From an uncultured delta proteobacterium (lineage in GTDB: Bacteria > Myxococcota_A > UBA9160 > JAFDET01): a DNA stretch of 64,000 nucleotides. The stretch covers positions 84,505-148,504 of the forward strand of contig CAMYLJ010000001.1 of NCBI GenBank assembly GCA_947259215.1, given 5' to 3'. The first letter of the stretch is position 1. The number at the start of each line of letters is the position of its first letter. Position numbers and translations under genes: made by a program. Below are positions 18,635 to 26,799 of this stretch, piece after piece. The notes under the pieces are model-generated. The model did no database searches. It was not told where the DNA came from and worked only from the letters and a program-made list of their open reading frames with translations.

Positions 18635-19312
18635 ATGCCCGACACCCCTGCCCTGCGCCGCGGCGCCGGCGTGACCCTGGCGCTGGCCGCCGGTGTCTAC
18701 GCGCTGCTGGTGGTGCGGGCGCCGGTCGACAGCGTGCAGGGCGTGATCCAGAAGATCCTGTACGTCCATCCCGCCTGCGCGTTCGCCGCCTACGCGGGCT
18801 TCCTGCTCACGGCCGTGGCCAGCGCCCTCTACCTCTGGCGCGGCGACGAGGCCTGGGACCGGCGCGCCGCAGCCGCGGCCGAGGTGGGCGTGGTGTTCTG
18901 CACGCTCAACATCCTGACCGGTCCGATCTGGGCCAAGGGCACCTGGGGACATTGGTGGTCCTGGGACCCGCGCCTGATCGTGACCCTGGTGTTGTGGTTC
19001 ATCTACCTCGCCTACATGCTGCTGCGCAGCTTCACCGAGGGCAGCGAGCGGGCCGCCCGCTTCGCCGCGGTCTACGCCATCGTGGGATTCCTGGCCGTCC
19101 CGCTGAACTACGCGGCCATCGAGCTCTTCGAAGGTCGCGCGATCCATCCCGACAACCTGGAGCGCGACAGCCTCGGCGCGGGCATGGGGGCCCCCTTCGG
19201 CTTCGGCGCGCTCACCATCCTGCTGGCGTTCGCCTACCTGTTCCTGCTGCGCCTGGAGGTGGGGGGACTGCGGGCGCAGCTCGCCCGACGAACGGCCGAC
19301 TCGGAGGCCTGA
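18635..19312 (+). CDS. ccmC: Heme exporter protein CcmC
   Basis: ATG at 18635. Tryptophan-rich motif WAKGTWGHWWSWDPRL. Confidence 0.9.
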   Translation: MPDTPALRRGAGVTLALAAGVYALLVVRAPVDSVQGVIQKILYVHPACAFAAYAGFLLTAVASALYLWRGDEAWDRRAAAAAEVGVVFCTLNILTGPIWAKGTWGHWWSWDPRLIVTLVLWFIYLAYMLLRSFTEGSERAARFAAVYAIVGFLAVPLNYAAIELFEGRAIHPDNLERDSLGAGMGAPFGFGALTILLAFAYLFLLRLEVGGLRAQLARRTADSEA

Positions 19313-19315
19313 AGC

Positions 19316-19444
19316 ATGGCCTACGTAGTGGCCGCCTATGGCCTCGTGGCAGCGGCGCTTCTCGGGTACGGCCTGGGGCTGGCGCGGGAGCGCCGCCGGC
19401 TCCGGCAGAGCCTCGACGACCGCCCTCGGGCCGAACGATCTTGA
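19316..19444 (+). CDS. ccmD: Small membrane protein, CcmD-like
   Basis: 42-codon ORF not in the track: MAYVVAAYGLVAAALLGYGLGLARERRRLRQSLDDRPRAERS. It has a single TM segment plus a basic tail and starts 4 nt after the ccmC stop. Confidence 0.6.
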   Translation: MAYVVAAYGLVAAALLGYGLGLARERRRLRQSLDDRPRAERS

Positions 19445-19470
19445 CAAACAGGGGCTTCCGGAAGTACAAA
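19441..19470 (+). promoter_or_regulatory. Candidate sigma70-type promoter with a palindromic operator in the spacer
   Basis: TTGACA (19441-46), an 18-nt spacer, then TACAAA (19465-70). The spacer contains the perfect 10-bp palindrome CTTCCGGAAG (19455-64). Confidence 0.35.
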
Positions 19471-19785
19471 CCGGTAACCCCTCGGTTTCGGAAGCCGTTC
19501 CGGCCTCCGGTTTCAGGAGAGAATTTGCGCCCCACCCCCCCCGGGCTCGAACTGCGCGCTGTGGCTGGGCTTTCCATGCGACTGCCGCTGTCCTTCGACC
19601 CTCCGGCGGACGGGTGTGCAATCGCTTGCGGTGGGACCCGCCGGGGAGGGAAGCGCACTACACAAAAGGGGACGGTGGGGAGCGTCCCCCTCGGGCCGCG
19701 CAGCGTTCTTCGCAGTGCAGGGCGGGCGCAGATCCGGGTACAACATCGCGAATCGCCTGGCGCGGAGGCCCCCCTGGCCGACGCT

Positions 19786-19800
19786 TGGCACGGGGCTTGA
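19786..19800 (+). promoter_or_regulatory. Candidate sigma54 (-24/-12) promoter
   Basis: TGGCACGGGGCTTGA matches the consensus TGGCACG-N4-TTGC with one mismatch (A for the -12 C). It lies about 80-90 nt upstream of the zinc-ribbon ORF start candidates. Confidence 0.4.
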
Positions 19801-19869
19801 ACCTCGTACTTCCGCGGATGGGAAGCGCGGAAGCAACCCCGTGTCGACCCGCGTAGGCACGAACCTGGA

Positions 19870-20382
19870 GTGGCAACGAGGATGGCCAGCATGAAACGCG
19901 GAGTCGGGTACTGCGAGAACACGGACTGCGAGGATTACGCCAAGGGCGTCTTCCTGTTGAACCATGGCGACACGTTCTACTGCCCGCGCTGTCGTCAGCT
20001 CGGCAAGGTGGAGAAGGAGCGCGGCTTCTACACGGGGAACTCGGACATCTTCAAGGAGGTCCGGGTCGAGTACAACTTCGATCCGATCAACGGAATCTAC
20101 CGGGAGATCGCGATCGTCCGCGACGAGAGCTTGTGGGGCCGCAACAACGTCTACACGCTGCAGTCGCCCCTGATCAAGACCGAGAAGCGCGCCCTCAAGG
20201 TGGCCGAGGCGATCCTGGCCAACTTGAACCGCTACCGCGGGTTGCTCAACGGCGACGACATCCCCCGCACCACCGAGATCATCCTCTCCTTCGACGAGCC
20301 CTTCGAGGAGTTCCAGAAGAAGCTCCAGCAGCTCAGCAAGGAGTGGGAGGCCAGCGGGTTGCGCGAGCAGGCCAGCCGCTAG
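19870..20382 (+). CDS. Orphan zinc-ribbon protein of unknown function
   Basis: The track ORF starts at GTG 19870. More likely starts are ATG 19882 or ATG 19891 (GAGG lies 9 nt upstream of 19891). It has C-x4-C...C-x2-C (CENTDCEDY...YCPRCRQ). The residue mix is K/N/E/I/F/Y-rich, unlike its neighbours, but GC3 is still high. A clean intrinsic terminator follows. Confidence 0.7.
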   Translation: MATRMASMKRGVGYCENTDCEDYAKGVFLLNHGDTFYCPRCRQLGKVEKERGFYTGNSDIFKEVRVEYNFDPINGIYREIAIVRDESLWGRNNVYTLQSPLIKTEKRALKVAEAILANLNRYRGLLNGDDIPRTTEIILSFDEPFEEFQKKLQQLSKEWEASGLREQASR

Positions 20383-20411
20383 CTCGCGACACGAACCGAC
20401 GCGAAGAAGCA

Positions 20412-20446
20412 CCGCCCGGGCCTGACCTCCCGGGCGGTTTTCGTTT
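20412..20446 (+). terminator. Rho-independent terminator of the zinc-ribbon gene
   Basis: Stem CCGCCCGGG (20412-20) with CCCGGGCGG (20429-37), followed by TTTTCGTTT. Confidence 0.8.
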
Positions 20447-20630
20447 GGGCCGGTGCCGGGGGGGGGCGCGTTGGTCCTGCAGGCGGGGCGGGGGCGAAGC
20501 GGGGGCTCGCTGCGCTCCTCCGGTTCGCGCGCCGCGGCCTCACGACGCGAGAGCCGGGTCCGTCAACGCGCTCACAGGCCGCGCTCCGCGAGTGCCCGCT
20601 CCGCCCTCGCGACGCCCTACCGGCGCGCAA

Positions 20631-20773
20631 CGCTTCCGACACCGCGCTGCGAAGAAAGACCGTCACTCGCCGCACCCGGGCGAACACGTCTCCGGAGGTC
20701 GGGGCCGCAAGCGCCGCCTCGGGCGGCGCGCGCAGCGAGCCGAAGGCGAGCGAAGTCACGATAAATGAGAGCC
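20631..20773 (+). repeat. Copy A of a ~144-nt hairpin-bearing intergenic repeat family
   Basis: By hand alignment it is roughly 85-90% identical to 33015-33158. It contains hairpins TCGCC-N7-GGCGA and GCGCCGCC-N3-GGCGGCGC, and the AT-rich tail GAAGTCACGATAAATGA. Confidence 0.85.
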
Positions 20774-20822
20774 ACCCGCGCCCCCGCGAACCCACCGGAG
20801 CCCGCGGCCAACCCAAGCCGCC

Positions 20823-21374
20823 CTACCCCCGCCAGCGCGCAGCCAGGTCGATACACAGCCCCGCCCAGATCGCCCCGGGTCCGTTGTGTTCGTGGCGTTC
20901 GACCGGCTCCGGGTGCTCCGCCAACGCGTCCGCCAGCGGCGCGCGATACCAGGGGAAGAGTCCCGGCGGCGGCGCCTCGGGCGCGAACCAGGCCACGCGG
21001 GGCGTCTCGTCGCTCGCCGTCAGGTTCCCGCCCAGCGGGCGACAGCGCCAGATCCGGGCCCGATGGGGCCGGAACCCGGTCCGGACGTAGTCCCCCACCC
21101 GCCCTTCCAGGGCGATCGCGATTCCCGTCTCCTCCCGCACCTCACGCACGAGCGCGGCCTCCAGTGACTCCCCGGGCTCCGGGTTTCCGCCGGGCAGCTC
21201 CCAGCCCTGGAGGTCCGAGCGCTGACACAGCAGCAGCCCGGCATCGCCCAACACGACGGCCTGCACCACGAGCAGCGGCGCGGCCTCCACCCGCGGCTGC
21301 GCCAAGCCCCACCAGGCGAGCCGGGCGTAGGTGGGCAGCGCGCCGGCGAGCCGCCGCATTGCCCCACTCCCCAC
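20823..21374 (-). CDS. NUDIX hydrolase
   Basis: Nudix box GGNPEPGESLEAALVREVREETG. The start may be the internal ATG at 21356. Confidence 0.8.
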   Translation of the reverse strand: MGSGAMRRLAGALPTYARLAWWGLAQPRVEAAPLLVVQAVVLGDAGLLLCQRSDLQGWELPGGNPEPGESLEAALVREVREETGIAIALEGRVGDYVRTGFRPHRARIWRCRPLGGNLTASDETPRVAWFAPEAPPPGLFPWYRAPLADALAEHPEPVERHEHNGPGAIWAGLCIDLAARWRG

Positions 21375-21413
21375 GTCCGCTCCTCCACCCGCCGGCGGAG
21401 GCTCCGCCGGCGT

Positions 21414-22310
21414 TCAGTCGATGATCTTGTTGAGAGGGTACTCGACGATGCCCTGGGCACCCGCCTCGGCCAGCTGCGGCAGCAACTCCCGCACCAGACG
21501 CTCCTCGATCACGGTGTTCACCGCGATCCAGCGCTCGTCGGCAAGCTGGGAAATGGTGGGCGTCGCCAGCGCCGGCAGGATCTCGATCACCTTCTGCAAG
21601 CGCTCCCGCGGCACGTTCAGCATCAGGCCCACCCGATCCGCGGCGCGGATCGCACCCTGGAGCAGCAGGAGCAGGCGCTCCATCCTGCGCCGCTTCCAGG
21701 GGTCCGCGTACGCCTGCTTGTGGGCGATGAAGCGCGGCGTGCTCTCCAGCACCGTGTCGATGACCCGCAGGTTGTTGGCCCGCAGGCTCGAGCCCGTTTC
21801 CGAGACGTCGACGATCGCGTCGGCCAGGACCGGAGGCTTCACCTCGGTGGCGCCCCACGAGAACTCCACGTGGGCCTTGACGCCGTGCTGCTTCAGGTAG
21901 CCCTGAGTGAGCCCCACGGCCTCGGTGGCGATGTGCTTGCCCTCGAGGTCCTTGGGGCCGCGCAGGGGCGAGCCCTCCTTGACCGCCAGCACCCAGCGCA
22001 CTGGACGGTAGTTCGGCCACGGCGCCCGCAGGTCCGCCAGCTCCTTCACCTTGGCCTTGTTCTCGAGCACCCAGTCGACCCCGGTGATGCCGACGTCCAT
22101 CACGCCCTGCTCGACGTAGCGCGCCATCTCCTGGGCCCGGATCAGGATGCACTCCAGCTCCGGGTCGTCGATCTCCGGGTAGTAGGAGCGATCGGAGACG
22201 GACACCTGGTAGCCGGCCAGCGAGAACAGCCGCACCGTGGTCTGCTGCAGGCTGCCCTTGGGCAGACCGATCCGCAGCGTGCGACGGGCGTCGCCCCGCT
22301 TGGGACTCAT
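21414..22310 (-). CDS. hisG: ATP phosphoribosyltransferase (long form)
   Basis: Trimmed to ATG at 22310, which overlaps the hisI stop (ATGA). Sequence: LRIGLPKGSLQ...DVGITGVDWV...VDVSETGSSLRAN, plus a C-terminal regulatory domain. Confidence 0.9.
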   Translation of the reverse strand: MSPKRGDARRTLRIGLPKGSLQQTTVRLFSLAGYQVSVSDRSYYPEIDDPELECILIRAQEMARYVEQGVMDVGITGVDWVLENKAKVKELADLRAPWPNYRPVRWVLAVKEGSPLRGPKDLEGKHIATEAVGLTQGYLKQHGVKAHVEFSWGATEVKPPVLADAIVDVSETGSSLRANNLRVIDTVLESTPRFIAHKQAYADPWKRRRMERLLLLLQGAIRAADRVGLMLNVPRERLQKVIEILPALATPTISQLADERWIAVNTVIEERLVRELLPQLAEAGAQGIVEYPLNKIID

Positions 22311-22696
22311 CGCTTGTAGACCTGCTCGGGATCGAAGACCTGCACGCCCACGTCCTCCAGGCCCTCGCCGGACAGCTTGCGGAAGAAGCAGCTGCGCCTG
22401 CCCGTGTGGCAGGCGGCTCCGCCGATCTGCTCGACACGCAGCAGCACCACGTCGCCGTCGCAGTCGATCTGCACGGAGCGCACGTTCTGCACGTGTCCGC
22501 TCTCCTCGCCCTTGTGCCACAGGCGCCCCCGGCTGCGGCTCCAGTACACCGCCTGGCCGGACTCCAGGGTCTTGCGCAGGGAAGCCTCGTTCATGTGCGC
22601 CACCATCAGCACCTCGCCCGTGTCGTCGTCGACGGCCAGGGCCGTGACGAGGCCGTCGCCCTTGGCGAAGTCCAGCTCGGCGAGGATGCGGTCCAT
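22307..22696 (-). CDS. hisI: Phosphoribosyl-AMP cyclohydrolase
   Basis: MVAHMNEASLRKTLESGQAVYWSRSRGRLWHKGEESGH...DCDGD...GAACHTGRRSCF. Confidence 0.9.
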   Translation of the reverse strand: MDRILAELDFAKGDGLVTALAVDDDTGEVLMVAHMNEASLRKTLESGQAVYWSRSRGRLWHKGEESGHVQNVRSVQIDCDGDVVLLRVEQIGGAACHTGRRSCFFRKLSGEGLEDVGVQVFDPEQVYKR

Positions 22697-22723
22697 GGGG
22701 CCCCCGGGGGTCGGCGGAGGACG

Positions 22724-25372
22724 TTACCCGGCGGCGAGGGCCACCGCCAGCCGCTCGCGCAGCGACACGAGCTCGTCGAACGCGGGACCGCGCGCGTAGG
22801 TCACCTCGCGGCGACGCTCCCGGCTGGCCTCACTCGTGCCACGCACCAGCAGCTCGCGCCGCACCAGCAGCTCGAGCGCGTTGTGGAAGGTCACCGGGTT
22901 CGAGCCCTCCGGACGCTCCACCTCACCGAGCAGCTCGCCGCGCTGGTACTGCTCCTGGATCTTCTTCTCCAGGGCACGCCGGCGGAGGGGCGCCTCGCCC
23001 AGCTCGAGCGCCGCCGTGCAGGTGGCGTAGTACGCCTCCAGCACGCCGCGCGTCTGCATCGCCAGGAAGCGGAAGTAGCTGCGACCCTTCTCGCTGACGC
23101 GCACTCCGGCGTCGCCGCGCTCCACCATGCCGAAACGCTCGAAGTAGTCCAGGAAGCCGTCCACGTAGGCGGCCACCAGCTCTCCGGTCGGCGCGAAGAA
23201 CTCGCCGTAGAAGAGCCGGAGCCACGACGTCACGCCGTCCAGCAGGCGGTCCGTCGGAAGCCCTGCGAGGAGCTCGCGGGCCAGGAAGCTCGGCGTGGCC
23301 AGGTAGTGGATGATGGTGTTGCGGTAGAGGTCGAGGGCTCGCCGGCGCGATTCCTCGAAGTAGAGGATCTCGCCACGCGGGTCCTCGACCGACTTCACCA
23401 GGTCGCTGCGCAGCAGGAAGGCGATCGACTCCCCGAACTCGCCCTCGTCGGCCTCCAGGGCCGGGGTCAGGCGCACGTCCTGGATGCGCAGCAGGTCGAC
23501 GACCTGCTGCATGCGGGCCGTCAGCTCGTGGCGCAGCAGCCCCCGCCGCGGCTCGCCCAGGAGCCCGCAGGCGGCCACCGAGGTGGCGTTGGCCACCGCC
23601 GCCCAGTTGATGCGCTCCACCAGGCGATGGCCCAGGCCCTGCACGAAGCGCCGCTTCTCCTCGACCACGGCTTCGTCGGCTTCGCGCGCGAAACGGCGGC
23701 GCCGGTCGCCCAGCGCGTCGCCCAGGGAGATCGGCTCGCCGAAGTTCACGAAGATGGTCCCGAAGCGACGCTGCAAAAACTTCCGCGCCCGCACCAGGCC
23801 GAGCACGCTCTCGTCCTTCTTCGCGCCGCCCTCCAGCTCGGCGATCATGGCGCCCTCTTCGACCAGGCGCTCGTAGGTGATGGCGGTGGGAATGAAGAAG
23901 AGGTCCCGGCGGCCGGTGGCCAGGAATCCCTCCACGTCCCAGGTGAGAAAGCCGAACTTGGGCGCCAGGGTCTTGCCCGTGCGCGAGCGCCCGCCTTCGA
24001 TGAAGAACTCCTGGGTGAAACCCTCCTTCACCAGGTACGCGACGTAGCGCCGGAAGACCTCTTTGTAGAGCGGGTCGTCCAGGTTGCGGCGCATGAAGAA
24101 GGCGCCGCAACGGCGGAAGATGAAGCCGAAGGGCCCGAACGCCATGTTCTCGCGCGCCAGGATGTGCGGCGGCACCAGGTGGTGGTTGTACAAGAGCCAG
24201 GAGAGGATCAGGAAGTCGAAGTAGGAGCGGTGGCTCGGCACCAGCACCACCGGATGCCGGCGTGCGTAGTCGGCCACCTTGTCCAGCCCGATCACCTCGA
24301 CGCCGCCGAACATCCGGCGCGCCACGGCGCTCATGGCGACGTTCAGGACCGCCAGCACGGTGGAGTTCATGCGTGCCGCGATCTCGCGCAGGATCTTCTC
24401 CGCCTGGGCGCGGGCGGCGTCGAGGCCGATGGACTTCTCGCGCGCGTACGCCGCCAGCGCCTCGCCAAAGGCCGGGTCCGCGAAGATCTCCTCCTGCACC
24501 CTGGTCACCGGCTGCACCGGCGGCCCCTGGGCGACCTTCTCCTCGCGGTAGAGGTGCAGCAGCAGCGCTCGCCGCACCTTGCGCACGACGGTTCCGGCCC
24601 CCTCGGCCCGCTGCTCCCGCGTGAAGCCGCGCAGGTCGATGGGCTCGGCGACCTTGATCTTGAGGTTGCGGTAGTTCAGCAGGAAGCCCGTCACCTTGGC
24701 CAGGTCCGTGGGACGGTGGGAGGCGCCGTAGGCGAGATTCAGGAAGCGGCGCGCGCCGCGCGGGCCCTTGCGCCAGAAGAGCGCCAGCGGCACGAGCCAC
24801 ACCGGGCGGTCGTCGTTCCAGACGCTGCCCACGATCTCGGACAGGAAGTCGAGCTCGTTCTCCATGCTGCGGACGGCGTGCCGCCGTCCCAGCAGCCAGG
24901 ACCCGACGCGGTCCGTGCGCAGGAAGAGGAAGAGCGACTCTCCCGCGCGCACGAGCTCGTGGACGTGCTCGCGGCCCAGCTCGTGCTCCGCGGCGCGCTC
25001 GCGGCCCCAGTGCAGGAAGCGCCGCGCGCGCAGGCGCTGGAAGAGCAGCGGGATGGACTGGTGGAGCGGCCGGTAGTAGTAGAACGACACCCCGTTCGCG
25101 AAGCCCGCCAGCCGGAGCTTGTCGCGCAGGAACAGCCAGTTGAACAAGAAGTAGTCCAGGCGGCTCGCGTAGCGCATCACGTACACGACCGACCCGCGGG
25201 ACTCGAGGCTACGCAAGGTGTCGACGGTGTCCGGCTCGAGCTCCAGGTGTCCGAAGAACCGGCGCGCGAACCAACGGAACAGGAACAGGAAGCGCGGCGA
25301 CATGGCCGAGAAACGGTCGTGAAGCGCCGTGCGATCGGCGGGCGGAACGGGAGTCGAGACGGCCGGCTCCAT
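22724..25372 (-). CDS. plsB: Glycerol-3-phosphate acyltransferase (PlsB-like)
   Basis: HX4D motif SHRSYFDFL, FFMRR and FIEGGRSRTGK. The ORF extends to 25456, but I prefer ATG at 25372 (MEPAVS...) because it avoids overlap with the divergent nhaA. Confidence 0.8.
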   Translation of the reverse strand: MEPAVSTPVPPADRTALHDRFSAMSPRFLFLFRWFARRFFGHLELEPDTVDTLRSLESRGSVVYVMRYASRLDYFLFNWLFLRDKLRLAGFANGVSFYYYRPLHQSIPLLFQRLRARRFLHWGRERAAEHELGREHVHELVRAGESLFLFLRTDRVGSWLLGRRHAVRSMENELDFLSEIVGSVWNDDRPVWLVPLALFWRKGPRGARRFLNLAYGASHRPTDLAKVTGFLLNYRNLKIKVAEPIDLRGFTREQRAEGAGTVVRKVRRALLLHLYREEKVAQGPPVQPVTRVQEEIFADPAFGEALAAYAREKSIGLDAARAQAEKILREIAARMNSTVLAVLNVAMSAVARRMFGGVEVIGLDKVADYARRHPVVLVPSHRSYFDFLILSWLLYNHHLVPPHILARENMAFGPFGFIFRRCGAFFMRRNLDDPLYKEVFRRYVAYLVKEGFTQEFFIEGGRSRTGKTLAPKFGFLTWDVEGFLATGRRDLFFIPTAITYERLVEEGAMIAELEGGAKKDESVLGLVRARKFLQRRFGTIFVNFGEPISLGDALGDRRRRFAREADEAVVEEKRRFVQGLGHRLVERINWAAVANATSVAACGLLGEPRRGLLRHELTARMQQVVDLLRIQDVRLTPALEADEGEFGESIAFLLRSDLVKSVEDPRGEILYFEESRRRALDLYRNTIIHYLATPSFLARELLAGLPTDRLLDGVTSWLRLFYGEFFAPTGELVAAYVDGFLDYFERFGMVERGDAGVRVSEKGRSYFRFLAMQTRGVLEAYYATCTAALELGEAPLRRRALEKKIQEQYQRGELLGEVERPEGSNPVTFHNALELLVRRELLVRGTSEASRERRREVTYARGPAFDELVSLRERLAVALAAG

Positions 25373-25437
25373 CGTGGCCAGAGTGCCACGGGGGATGGGA
25401 GGCGGCAACGCCGGCTCGGCCTGTAGAATGCCGTCCC

Positions 25438-26784
25438 ATGGCCGACGACGAAGCACGCGACGAGCCGCTGGCGGACCTTCCGGACGCGCCGATCCGGCGC
25501 CTCACCGATCCGCTCGCCGCCTTCCTGCACGTGGAGGCCGCGGGAGGCGTGGTGCTGCTGGGATTCACGGCCCTGGCGCTGCTGCTCGCCAACTCGGCCG
25601 CGTCCGAGGCCTTCCTGAGCTTCTGGAAGACCCCCGTGAGCCTGGGCGTCGGCTCCTTCGAGCTGCGCCACTCCCTGCACCACTGGATCAACGACGGCCT
25701 GATGGGGATCTTCTTCTTCGTCGTCGGGCTGGAGGTGAAGCGCGAGCTCGTGCTGGGCGAGCTGCGCGACCCGCAGCGCGCCGCGCTGCCGGTCGCAGCA
25801 GCACTGGGCGGAATGATCGTTCCGGCTGGCGTCTACCTGGCGCTCCAGTGGGGCGAGCCCACCGCACGCGGCTGGGGCATCCCCATGGCCACGGACATCG
25901 CCTTCGTGGTGGGCTGCATGGCGATCCTCGGCCCCCGCATCCCGAACGGCCTGCGGGTGATGCTGCTCTCCCTGGCCATCGTGGACGACATCGGGGCCAT
26001 CCTGGTGATCGCCGTCGGCTACACCCGGGAGCTCGACTGGGACTGGCTCGGGCTGGCGCTGGCGGCCCTGGCGCTGGTGATCGTCCTGGGCCGGGTGGGC
26101 GTGCGCAGCATCGGCATCTACGTGGCCGTGGGCGCCGTCGCCTGGCTCGGCTTTCACGAGTCCGGCGTGCACGCCACCATCGCGGGCGTGCTGCTGGGGC
26201 TGATGACGCCGGCCGAGAGCTGGGTCGGCGCCGGCACCCTGCGCGCGGGCGTCGCCCGCGCCCACGCCTTCCTGCACGGCGACGAGGCCGGGGACTACGA
26301 CCCGACGCCGGCGGACGTGGCTGCGCTCCAGACCGTGGCGCGGGAGTCGGTCTCGCCGCTGCGCCGCCTGGAGTATGCGCTCCACCCGTACTCGGCCTTC
26401 GCGATCATGCCGCTCTTCGCCTTCGCGAACGCCGGGGTTCCCATCGATCCGGCGGGCTTCCTCGACCCGGTGGCGATCGCGGTGGGGGCCGGGCTGCTGC
26501 TGGGGAAGCCCCTGGGCATCGTGGGCTTCTCCTTCCTGGCCGTGAAGCTCGGGCTGGCGCGGCTGCCCGACGGCGTGGGCTGGGGGGCCATCGCCGGCGC
26601 CGGCTTCCTGGCCGGCATCGGCTTCACCATGGCGATCTTCATCGCCGGCCTGGCCCTGGACGGGGGCAGCCTCGACCACGCCAAGCTGGGCGTGCTGGCC
26701 GCCTCCGCGCTGGCCGCCGTGGCAGGGATGAGCCTGCTGGTGTCCAGCCTGCCGAAGCCGGAAGACAAGCCCGGCGGCGCCTGA
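25438..26784 (+). CDS. nhaA: Na+/H+ antiporter NhaA
   Basis: HHWINDGLMGIFFFVVGLEVKRE...GWGIPMATDIAF. Polytopic membrane protein of 448 aa. Confidence 0.9.
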   Translation: MADDEARDEPLADLPDAPIRRLTDPLAAFLHVEAAGGVVLLGFTALALLLANSAASEAFLSFWKTPVSLGVGSFELRHSLHHWINDGLMGIFFFVVGLEVKRELVLGELRDPQRAALPVAAALGGMIVPAGVYLALQWGEPTARGWGIPMATDIAFVVGCMAILGPRIPNGLRVMLLSLAIVDDIGAILVIAVGYTRELDWDWLGLALAALALVIVLGRVGVRSIGIYVAVGAVAWLGFHESGVHATIAGVLLGLMTPAESWVGAGTLRAGVARAHAFLHGDEAGDYDPTPADVAALQTVARESVSPLRRLEYALHPYSAFAIMPLFAFANAGVPIDPAGFLDPVAIAVGAGLLLGKPLGIVGFSFLAVKLGLARLPDGVGWGAIAGAGFLAGIGFTMAIFIAGLALDGGSLDHAKLGVLAASALAAVAGMSLLVSSLPKPEDKPGGA

Positions 26785-26799
26785 GGTCGGGACCGACCG

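Noticed and set aside
19445-19869. The possibility that the large non-coding stretch encodes a known housekeeping RNA (tRNA, tmRNA, RNase P RNA, SRP/4.5S RNA, 6S RNA).
   Set aside because: On both strands I could not find the RNase P GAGGAAAGUCC core, the SRP domain IV GGAAGCAGC motif, a tRNA-like T-arm with an acceptor stem, or a tmRNA tag ORF. An unknown ncRNA is not excluded (see findings).
20497-20508. A 12-nt exact complement (ggctcgctgcgc) of 20731-20742 upstream of repeat copy A, considered as a terminal inverted repeat of a MITE.
   Set aside because: Similarity does not extend beyond 12 nt, and copy C has no equivalent upstream partner. It is mentioned in the repeat finding, but I do not call a MITE.
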